NCBI GenBank assembly: GCA_013239625.1
Contig: MU054041.1
Coordinates: forward strand, 124,001-144,575
DNA: 20,575 bases
Direction of reading: 5' to 3'
Source: Lama guanicoe
Lineage: Eukaryota
In this document: piece after piece, positions 10,004 through 19,780 of the stretch
Position numbering within the stretch: the first letter of the stretch is position 1
Layout: each line of letters starts with the position of its first letter
Translations under genes and position numbers: made by a program
Notes under the pieces: generated by a model
Told to the model about the DNA's origin: nothing
The model's database searches: none
The model's input: the letters and a program-made list of their open reading frames with translations, nothing else

Positions 10004-10904
10004 TATGTTCTGTTTTTACTACCAACACTTCTGACACCAAACGTGTGAGTTCTCCAAACCAAGCAAGTCTCCAATTCTCCATAGACATCAACTCGGTGTC
10101 TTACAATTAAATTTAATTCTGACATTAATTATTCAGAGTTAGCCCAGACCCCGAATGTTAAGGACTCAGTCCCACAACACTGCTCACACTTGAGATGTCT
10201 GAGCCTGTCATCTCACCAACCAGCTTTCTAAACTGGGGTTTCCCACAATCCTCTTTTCAGTTTTGGTAATTTGTTTCAGCAGCTCACAGGACTCAGGGAA
10301 ATGCTATAGTTACATTTACCAGTTTATTATAAAGAACACTACAAAGGATACAAATGAAGAGTCAAATGAAGATGACGAGGGCAAGGTCCAAAAGGATCAC
10401 AGAGCAGGAGCTTCTGTCTCCGTGGAGCTGAGGTACAGCACTCTCCCAGTATGCAGGTAAGGTTCATCAGCTCATAAGTTCTATGTAGTCAATAGTTTAG
10501 AGGATTTGGAGAGGTTTCATTATGTGAGCATGACTGATTAACTCACTGACCACTGCTGATTTACTCTATCTCCAGCCCTTCTCCACTCCCCAGAGGTCAG
10601 GGGGTGGTGCTGAAAGTTCCTATTCATGCCTGGGTCTTTTTGATGATAAGCCCCCATCATGAAGCTAACTAAGGCCTCCAGCTATGAGATATCTCATTAA
10701 TGTACAAAAGAGCATTCCTACCATGCCAGGGATTCCAAAGGTCTCAAAAGCTCTTGTGTCAGTAACCAGGGTCTAAGGCCAGATATTGTAACAAAAAATG
10801 TTTATCATCCCTATCACTCAAGAAACCCCAAAGGTTTTAGAAGCTTCTGCCCAGGAACCAGGGATGAAGACCAAAATATATAGTTATTATATCACCATAT
10901 CACA
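10004..10904 (-). mobile_element. MER21-family solo LTR (ERVL class), near complete, with 5-bp TSD AAGAC
   Basis: On the minus strand it begins TGTGATATGGTGATATAATAACTATATATTTTGGTCTTCATCCCTGGTTCCTGG, the MER21 5' end. Internal 'ttctgacaccaaa', 'aattctgacatt...gagttagcccagacccc' and 'ctcagtcccacaacactgc' match. Direct repeats AAGAC at 9999-10003 and 10905-10909. Confidence 0.9.
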
Positions 10905-11183
10905 AAGACTCACTCAGATGCCACCCTTTTAATGGTGCCCTCTGTGATTTTCCAAACCCAAGCTAAGCATGACATTCTCTAAACCCCTTCAGCACCCTGA
11001 AATAATTTTCTTACAGCCCATTTCACAAATGCTTTTAAATAGTTGTTATTTGTTTTTGTATCTTGCCTCTCCCACTGAAATGCAAGCTATGCAATAACAA
11101 TATGCTGTTTTATATGCCACAATCACCCCCAAGTACATTGTACTTCACAGGATAGCAACATGTCTGTCAAATAAATGAGTAAC
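10905..11183 (+). mobile_element. L2 LINE 3' end (right of the MER21 insertion)
   Basis: 'aagactcactcagatgccaccctttt' continues the L2 consensus (ttcaagactcagctcaaatgtcacctcc). 'tcttgcctctcccactgaaatgcaagct' and the terminus 'tgtctgtcaaataaatgagt' also match. Confidence 0.8.
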
Positions 11184-11311
11184 TAATATAAAATATACTT
11201 ATAGAGCTGCTCAAAGCATAGATCATAACAGAAATCAAAATGTCTGTGAATAGGTCTGTGAAAACAAAAAAGAAAAGAGAGAAAAATTCAGATACTGGAG
11301 ATTATATGAGC

Positions 11312-11410
11312 CAGAACAAGTCACTTACACCCTAGGTTATTTTCCTGTAAAGGAAAAAGTTGGCCTTCATGATCTCTAAGATTGTTCCTAACTCTAACAT
11401 TCTATAATTT
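11312..11410 (+). mobile_element. MIR3 SINE fragment
   Basis: 'aacaagtcactta...ctgtaaagg...gttggccttcatgatctctaagattgttcctaactctaacattctataatt' matches the MIR3 3' end. Confidence 0.75.
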
Positions 11411-12432
11411 CACGACTCACTAGAGACTATCATAACTCAGTGCAAGCAGCAGGACATGCCTCGAGCTCCTGGCTGCACTGTCTGCTTTTTCTGCTCCTCC
11501 CCAGTTATGCTCCTATAGACAGAAAGTCAAAGTGATAAAGTGGTTTAATTCAGCATGCAAATTAGCACAGCTGAGAGCCTAAAAAAAAAATCATGCGTGG
11601 GCAGGTAAAGAAAATTGGAAAGATGATCCACAACTCTACAATGTGTTGGTTTGGAGTAAATAATTTTATCATATATTAGATGTATAATCTCTATTAATTG
11701 AAGTAAAGAAAAACAGGCAGGTTAAGAAGTTATTTTAATCTATACATGCTTATCATGTTAACAAATACATACTTATGCCCTTACTGTGATTTTACTGTTG
11801 TTCACTATGTTTTTATAAGTAACTAAGTGTAGCAGTTTTGGTCCCGGTCTTCACATACAGATTTATAAATAATTGACATCTGTCATTTTGTTTGAAAGCC
11901 TAGGTTCACTACATCCAAGGAAAATGCTGAGTTGGTGGGGGCGGCGATTTGCTGTTACTCTGTTCCAATAAGACTCCAATTAATCATCATTCAAAGTATA
12001 ACATGGCTTCTTAGTAACTAGACTGGAATAAATCCCCAAAGTGCCTTGATTTTCTTATAAAGGCATTTGAAAGTTTTAACTCTGTGTACATTAAAACATC
12101 AAAAAACAAAGCTCAGTGAGTCACCATTTTATTCCAGTAACTCTTACAACTTAATTTTCCCACATTTCCCTGTAGCCACATATATCTGGGACATTCTTTT
12201 CTACTTCTGGCTTGTATATTCCCCATGGCTAAACAGACCAGCTCTCACTACTCACTCAGCTGTGTAAACCAAATAACTAGATTTATCCTTGATTCCTCCT
12301 TTCTTAATTCACACTTGCAATAAGTTACTACATCTTGCCAATTGTACTTTGGAAACTCCTCTCAAATTTACCTATATAACTCTTCCTTCTGCATTTATTC
12401 TAGTTCTGGTTGACATCACTTCCTGTCCAGAG

Positions 12433-12692
12433 CAGTGTTCATCAAGTCTTTATTGCCCATGAGTCTACATCAGTAAAAATATTAATCAACTATTTCTAAA
12501 ATGTGTATATTTATTTTGTTTATAAGTCATGCAGGTAACTTTACATTATTCAATCTTTAAATATGTAGAAAGCACAAAACAGAAAGTACACAAGGGTATG
12601 TTCAAATAAATAGTTTGAGTACTCTCTCTGCACGGGGGTCATGGGTCTTATTTATCCCCTGAGGAGGATGTGCCACACTTGGGGAACCACCA
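12433..12692. mobile_element. non-autonomous hAT-Charlie-type DNA transposon (~260 bp)
   Basis: Degenerate terminal inverted repeats CAGTGTTCATCAA ... TTGGGGAACCACCA around an AT-rich interior. The left flank GTCCAGAG resembles the NTCTAGAN target preference. Subfamily not assigned. Confidence 0.65.
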
Positions 12693-13216
12693 GCCTGCAT
12701 TCCTACAACAGTCACTTGCTTGGTTAAATAGTTTTGAGTCGTATCCTCTTCATACAATGATCTTTCTAACGTGTAAGCATGTTCGTACCCTCTCCCAATT
12801 AAAAAACACTTAGATGTCCTCCTTTTTTCCTTAGGGTGACATAAAAAGTTCTTACAATGTTTTGTGAGGCCCCTTTTTGAGTTGGCTACTCACTGCTTAT
12901 TTCTCAGTTTCATCTCTTGCTATTTCTGCCCTGGTCATCCCCTATGTCCCCCCAGACATGCACCTTGTCCATGTTAAATGATTTCCAGATCCTCTAATAG
13001 GCGGCCATGCTCTCTTCTCATCACTGAGACATTTACGTTTGCTTATGACATTGTCTCTTTTCTCCCAGCCTCTTCACCTGGTTGAAGTACCCGTGATGTA
13101 TCATTCTAAATCTCATTCCATCTCACTGAATGAGATAAGGTACCTTGGCATTACAAAAATCATCCTTACCTCGATCCCTGCCCCTGAATTTTGTCAGTGA
13201 GTCTTTCACATTGGTT

Positions 13217-13390
13217 CAGTGATTATCACACTTTGAGGTAAGGGGAATCACCTAGAAAACTTACTTAGGTGAAGTTTTTTTTTCCCCCCAACTTCATCCT
13301 AAGACATTTTGATTTCATGCGTCTAGGATAGAGCTCAGGAATGTAAATTTTCAAAGCACCTGGGTACTTTTTCTGTAGGTGTTTGCACTG
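13217..13390 (+). mobile_element. MER5A-like hAT-Charlie MITE
   Basis: 'cagtgattatcacacttt...gaatcacctag...ttttgatttcatgcgtctaggatagagctcaggaatgtaaattttcaaagcacctgggt...cactg' matches the MER5A layout, with CAGTG/CACTG termini. Confidence 0.75.
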
Positions 13391-13759
13391 GAATAGATGT
13401 TTATTTATTGTTATATCTTCAGTACCTTTTAGGAGGGTTGGCTCGTAATAGGCACTTATTAAATAGTTGTTAAATAAATAAACGAGAGGAATCTGGTTGA
13501 TAAGAAAAATAACTGGTTTCTAGGTTGAGGTACTAGTAAAGCAAGACAATGAATTCATGGAATCTCAGGGCTTGCTGAGAAGATTTATCCTCTCCACCAT
13601 GCCCAAAATACAAGTCTGTCAAAATTCAGTACTACAGAATTAACATACTTACAATGAATGAATGAACCTGAAGCTATTACATCTGTGTAGTAACTAATGG
13701 AGCAGTTTCTGGCAGGTATAAACTATTTTTTATCGGGGTCTTGATAAGGACAGCACAAC

Positions 13760-13875
13760 TGGTCGGGTTAGAGCTTATGGAGTGGTAGCAGAGAAAAAGA
13801 AAAATGGAGGCCAAGGTATAGAGGGTTTCATAGGTTTTCATACATTCAGGGGTTTGGATTTCATTCTAAAGATGC
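13760..13875 (-). mobile_element. short L2 fragment
   Basis: 'ggaggccaaggtatagagg...caggggtttggatttcattctaaag' resembles the L2 minus-strand motif 'aggagtttggattttattctaag'. Confidence 0.45.
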
Positions 13876-14839
13876 ACCTTGGTCCCTAAGGAAACTGACT
13901 TAGAACACTGACTGGACGTGGACTGTTAACAAACACCAACCTTCAGAAGCTGGAAGTCACTTTCACCTGGCTCCTTGCCGTGTAGAGAACCACGTGCTTC
14001 ATGCTCAGTTGTCCCCTCCCACCCACTCTCACTTTTAGTGTACAAAGGCCCACTGGCAGGGTTCACTGGCAAGTGCCACTGCCACTGCAGAGCAAAAAGG
14101 AAAAAAAGAAAGGCAGGCCTGACTCCTCTGCCAAATTGCTGCCTACACTTTCCAAGCCTTTATTGAACTCTGCGAGGCCCAAGAGGCCACTCTCTTCTAG
14201 GACATGAAATATTCTCTCCTTCAGTTCCTTTTATCTTCCATGAACTCACCCTGACTATATATTCTTTTGGCATTTCCCAGATCCCAAACTCACTCTTCTC
14301 CCCTCTTTCATAAGGTGCTTACTGATTGATTTGTCTTCAGTTATTTTTCCTTAGTCCTTGCCCTTCTTGGGAATTTGAGAACAATAATAAATAGCCCTCT
14401 CCTCATATTCAAATTTGTGAAATACTGTGAGCCAACTATATGAGTAACATAGCTGAAGACCCAAATGTGAGAGCAAGTTTGGAGGATACGGTGCCTAGAT
14501 CTTCAGGAAAGTGAGCTTGCTAACATTTCACCTCAGAATTAGCCTTACACACCCTAGTCATACCTTGAACTGAACAACTGTATGCTTCTCTCCAAGGGCC
14601 TACCTCATGAAACGTATTATACAGAAGGCGGCCATGGTACATACCGTGTGCCCAGGACAATCCCCAAAACAAGAGGTCTAGAGGTGTTGTCCAGGACACA
14701 CATCGACAGCTCATTCTCCCAAGTTCACCACTCACTTAAGTCAGCCCGCCATTTAGAAAGAGTAAGATGAAGACCAGAATTACTATTTTAAAAGATCCCT
14801 CTCCACGGGATTAGCCTAACAAACCATAACCATTTTCTA

Positions 14840-15600
14840 TGAACATCCCTTCATCTCCTTACCATAAATGTAAATATGCATTCCCCTCTAGATTTCTTAA
14901 GCACAATGTGCTTATTTTCTCAGACACCTCAGCAGTAAACCACCAGTTGAAATCATGCTCTCAGCATCCCCAATGTCACTTCTAAATCTTCACTTCATCA
15001 ACTTCTGGTGAAAAACTGTTTTTTTACAGGCTTATTCCACTTGCTTCTATCAGTGATTAATGCTTCTCATTGTTTTTCTATTCTTCATTGGCTCTCCTTG
15101 TGCATTTACACCCATAGGCACATCACACACACACAGTTTCACCTAAAAAATCACTGACTGAAGGCATGCCACTCTCTGCAAATAACTTCCTTTACATTCC
15201 TATGTTGCTCATCCTCACTGAACCTTCCAGTGCATTAATCCCCTCTACATTTTAAAATCCATCAGGCAGGCCCTCCATCGTTCACTCCCTCTCCTCTTCA
15301 GTTTATAATCAATCTCACATCATTTCAAACTCTACCTTACAAATACACGTCACTTTCCTTACCCACATCATCGGGTCATACCCACTGACAAAAAGCCCAA
15401 AACACAGATGAGCCCATCTCTTTCTTCTTCATGCCTATGTCCAAATTGAGTGCAATTAAACAGGATCACACAGTTAGAGAAAAGTACTGTAATAAATCCA
15501 CTGACATGAAATTCTCCTGGCTCTCAACATTGTCTGGCAATTAATAGGATTAGGCTTCTAAAGTTAATTTATTCCTCAATTACCCAAGAGTTTAATAATT
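14840..15600 (+). mobile_element. L2 LINE internal (ORF2-derived) fragment, decayed
   Basis: 'cccactgacaaaaagcccaaaacacagatgagcccatc...atcacacag...taaatcc...ggctctcaacattgtctggcaat' matches the L2 ORF2 region. No intact reading frame. Confidence 0.65.
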
Positions 15601-16489
15601 TCTCATTATGCCAAGACTCTAAAAATTAATCTGTGTGTATGTATGTGTACACAGGCATGTGGTGAGGGAGAAGGGACAGCTGTTTTCACTTTCTTCTGGA
15701 TTCCTCAGTTAGTTACCCAAAGGAGGCCTTTGTAGTTGCAGACAAACCCATTGTTGGAGAAAGACTTTAGGGGTTCTTAGATAGATACTGCTAGTTGGTA
15801 ATACTGTAATTATAATGACCTAGGAACATGAATTAAATGTAGGCTCAGATTAACATCTACCTGCAATGCTAAATTCGTCATTACAAATAACCAGCTAACA
15901 AGGGTAAAGGACTTCTTTCTAAAGTCTACATATCAACTGAAATAAAATGAATGCAAAATTTCAAAGGCCCTAACATAACAGTTCATCTTATTCATCATTT
16001 GTATGAATTCATTTTTAAATAAGTAATGTTTTCCCCTCCTATGTATTTCTTTACCTGGTTTATATTTTGAGGACACAATTTGACTTAAACATTGATCCTT
16101 TAATTTAGTGATCTCATTTAGTGACCCAAATAAAACTTCCTTGTTGGGACAATCTCAGAATTTATCTATGCTGGGGGAAAGATGGATTAACTGAAATCCA
16201 CATTAGAATCATGATGTCAAAAAACAGTAATTCAGACTCTCCCACTTTCTAAGCTTCATCCTGTGTTTAGCAGAGTCCTCCAGGTAAAATTCTAATACTA
16301 GGCCCTGGCCATGCCATTTGAAGTTATCAAACAGTAAATTACATTACATGACAACAAAATATATTCTCCATTTCTTTGAACAACAGAAATCAGAGGTGGT
16401 ATATAGTTTCTAAAATAAAATGTAAAATAAATGATAGACTTGCATCCAAGCATTAGCCAAATATATAACCACTAAAAAAACAGACACCA

Positions 16490-16692
16490 AGACCTAACCA
16501 TACCATTTAGCTGCACTATGGTCTTAGAGAAATCACTTCAACGCTTAGCTTCAGTTACTTATCTTAAAATAGTGATAATGATACAACACAATAAGATTAT
16601 TATAAGAATTATAAGAATTAAATGAGTCTATATATTATATGAATGTATCTCTTTATAAACTTCATTATTCTACATAAATTTAGTTTTACTAT
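16490..16692 (+). mobile_element. MIR SINE fragment
   Basis: 'ccatttagctgcactatggtcttagagaaatcacttcaac...gcttcagttacttatcttaaaatagtgataatgatac...agaattaaatgag' matches the MIR core. Confidence 0.75.
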
Positions 16693-17261
16693 CATACAAA
16701 AATCACTGAAAACAGAAGAAATGTCTCATACATGTACAACTTGTCAATTAATAATAGAAGAATCATTGGGTTTTGTGTAATTGAGAAATTTTTTTTCAGT
16801 CTAGGAATTTCAAATTTTCTTATGGAACCAAAGTTGACAGAAGAACATATATAGCAAAGGTTATTTCAATGGGTTACATGCAATAAGTTGACAAATATAC
16901 TGTAGCCAAGATAAGTGGTTAGCCATGAGATAAATACAGGCTAAATTGAAAGGTATCACAAAACTTCAGTTTCTGGGGCAAATCTGAAATAACTGGTTCT
17001 TTGCAGCCACCATAGTCATGGGTCTATCTAAATCAATTTGGAGAATTATAAAAAGAAATGATTCAAGAAATGATTCAAATGATCAGCTATTTCCAAATAA
17101 TACAGCCCTAAGTAAAATTTCCTATCATCTTTGATATCAGGATGGGAAGCAGATCAACCACAACTTGTTGTACATTTGTTAGATAAGTCTGTTGATGGGA
17201 GACAATTTCTTCTCTAGGCTGTAATGATCTGTTCTAATGCAATAATAGTATGAACAAAATA

Positions 17262-17395
17262 AGCTTCATAGTTTTATGCCTTTCATCAATAAAATGGAGT
17301 TAGCACTACTGCTACCTATCTCACTGTTATAAGAATAACATTAGATAATAAATGTGAAAAACTATGCAAACTGCAGAAAAATTATACAAAGTTTA
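17262..17395 (+). mobile_element. MIR SINE fragment (MIRc-like)
   Basis: 'ttcatcaataaaatggag...ctacctatctcactgttataagaataacattagataataaatgtgaaaa...gcaaactgcagaa' matches the MIR 3' half. Confidence 0.65.
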
Positions 17396-17539
17396 AAAAG
17401 GAAGCTATATGAAAATATACAAGGTAGGTAGAAAGTAAAACAAAAATATTAAGAGAAACTGAGGGTCATAAAATTTTAGGGAGCATTATAATTTTCTTTT
17501 GTAAAAATTATATATTTTTGCTTTACTTCAAGAGCCAAT

Positions 17540-17653
17540 GCATCCATAGATTAAAAGTCAGGTGGAGAATTCTGTATTTTTTTTCTCCAGTACCTCAAGT
17601 GATTCAGGTTAGTAAGATTCCTGGACCCCAGACTGCATTGAGATATACCACTC
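17540..17653 (+). mobile_element. MER5A/MER5B-like DNA transposon 3' fragment
   Basis: 'gaattctgtattttt...cctcaagtgattc...ggaccccagactgcattgagatataccact' resembles the MER5 3' half. Confidence 0.5.
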
Positions 17654-17889
17654 TGGATCATGAATTTGCTAGCTATTAACTCTGAGAAGGGTCATAAATA
17701 ACACTTCCTCCTCTCTCTGCTATGTGTATAACCACATACACACACATATGCATGCACTTTTCTTTAGTTTTTCATACATACCTTTTTTCTATATACCAAA
17801 GAATGTTATAGAATAAAACTGTTACAGTACATTTACCATAAGCTTAATTTAGTATAACTAAGGCAATACACTTCTGAGAGTTCTACCCG

Positions 17890-18400
17890 ATGTTCTATTT
17901 ATTATGGAACCTCTTTACTCTGGCTAGTAGAAATGTGCATTTTTCCCAGCCCTATCTGAATCGTCCTCCTGTTACTTCCTGGTGTTTATCTCCTCAGCCT
18001 GATCAAGTATCACTCCAGGCCTGCATGTATCAGTATTTATGTGAAGAGCCCTCTGATGGTCTCTGGAGTTACCTCCCTTTGCAGTTTCCTTGTCTCTAGT
18101 ATTCTCCCCTCCAGCTACCTTCCCTGACTTGATCATTCTCTCTTAAACTCTGCGAGGTCATTGAGATGTTTTAATTCCTATTCTCTAGACACCATTCTGA
18201 AGAAATGCTCCAGACAAAAGTAGGGGCAATCATAGGGCTTGCCTCATATGATTCTCTTCTCTTTGTGATCACAGTTCTGCAGTTTCTGACGTCCAGTTAG
18301 TTCTGAGAGCATTTATTTCACATATTCTGACAATTTTTCAGGTTGTTACCAGTAGCAGCAAAACTGTGGACTATATAATGCCCACAAAGAAGAGAACAGA
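17890..18400 (-). mobile_element. ancient L1M (L1MC4/L1MD/L1ME-type) 5' end fragment
   Basis: 'ctccagacaaaagtaggggcaatcatagggcttgcctcatatgattctcttctctttgtgatcacagttctgcag...ctgagagcatttatttcacatattctgacaatttttcaggttgttac' follows the recalled reverse complement of old L1M 5' UTRs. Confidence 0.75.
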
Positions 18401-18429
18401 ATTTAGAATCAAACCTTGCATTTTTCCTT

Positions 18430-18562
18430 TATTTATTTAATCATCTGAAAAATCATAAGAGCTAGTTATTCTCAACCCCTTTTTACAACTAAGGAAAAAC
18501 AAGCTCATGAATTAAAAAAAAAAAATAGCTAGTAAGTAGCCAAGATTTGAAACCAAACTGCT
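18430..18562 (-). mobile_element. MIR SINE fragment
   Basis: 'atttaatcatctgaaaaatcataagagctagttattctcaaccccttttta caactaaggaaa...agctagtaagtagccaagatttgaaacc' is the reverse-complement MIR core. Confidence 0.7.
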
Positions 18563-19677
18563 ACACCAAAAAATTCGAGGTTTTTAAATATGTAGTGATC
18601 CATTATTTACTATTTTCATAATGTGACTGCATAGAGGGTACAAGACACTATGATAGGCACTATGTATTTTTATTCTTTTAAATATAAGAATGGGAACCGA
18701 AAGTATCTTTTAAATAATTGTGTTTTCCTAATGATACTGATTTTTAGTGAAAAGCTATTCAAATTCTTCAATTTCTCGCCTATATGTACTATCAATCACC
18801 CTTTAGTTCCAAATTAAAGATATTTTACAATGATTCTTAAATATCGTCCTTATTTTAACTTGTCTTGGTATGCCATGAGATACTTGATTTTAATCCCTTA
18901 CCAATAACTGATAAAGCTGGAGGGCACTAAAGCGTTTCTTGAAAAGCATAATAAACGAGATGAACTCTTCAGTTTATATGTTTTGAAGATTTCATCACTG
19001 TGCCAGTAAAACATAAAAATCAATATTCATTTCTGAAAATAAGACTCCACTCTGGTTAGAGAATACCATGACACCATACCCTCCCCAGACTTTAATAGTC
19101 TACCCAGTGGAGGTGTATTAATTGAATTTCCTTGTCATTTGTGTACATGACGGATTAAAGAGAGAAAGAACTGTCTTCCTCTCATGCATAAAAGAATTCT
19201 CTAAAAGAAATTTGTTTATTTTATTGAGCCATTATACATTTATTGGCTTTTCAGCCTCAAATATAAATGTTTTAATATCTGGTCCACCCCAAATGAAACC
19301 CACCAAGTCTAGTGTGACAATAACAGATTATAGTATGTGTCACCACATTCACCAGTCAAAAATCACAAATGTATATCTTATATACCACATTGAATACAGA
19401 TGAGATTTGAAAACTAAAATATTCAAGAGGGAAATAAATTTCTGATGCTCTCAGATCTTAGAGTGCACACACAGAGAACAACCAAAAGAATACTGAAGCA
19501 TACACCTAATGGACATACGTTTATCCCAGATTTTTCTTTTGAGGTATATATACTATTATTTTCAATACATAAATAAGTCCCCACACAATTCTGGTTTTTA
19601 TAGTAATTTCACATGTTATATACTTGGCACAGTTAACATTTAAATTTCATTTTTATAATTTACAAGTAAAAAATGAT

Positions 19678-19780
19678 ATGGTGATGATGATGACAGTGAT
19701 GATGTCAACAATGCCAGTATTAACAATGACACCCACCATTTTTTAAATGGACGCTGTGCCCTAGACCCTGAGCATAATAT
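19678..19780 (-). mobile_element. possible MIR/L2 3' tail fragment with (GAT)n-like run
   Basis: 'gatgatgatgacagtgatgatg...caccattttttaaatggacgctgtgccctagaccctgagcata' resembles the shared MIR/L2 3' end in reverse. Confidence 0.4.

Larger units (their letters stand above)
12275..13485 (+). mobile_element. L2 LINE 3' region, interrupted by two DNA transposons
   Basis: 'ctagatttatccttgattcctcctttc', 'tgatctttctaacgtgtaagcatg', 'gccatgctctcttctca' and the terminus 'gttggctcgtaataggcacttattaaatagttgttaaataaataaac' match L2. Confidence 0.8.

Noticed and set aside
10684..10697. 14-bp palindrome ATGAGATATCTCAT
   Set aside because: About one 7-bp-arm palindrome is expected by chance in 20 kb, and it lies within MER21.
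17018..17134. Short ATG ORF MGLSKSIWRIIKRNDSRNDSNDQLF... after an acceptor-like tctttgcag
   Set aside because: Only 38 codons, no good donor, no recognisable homology, and the repeat within it is a slippage duplication.
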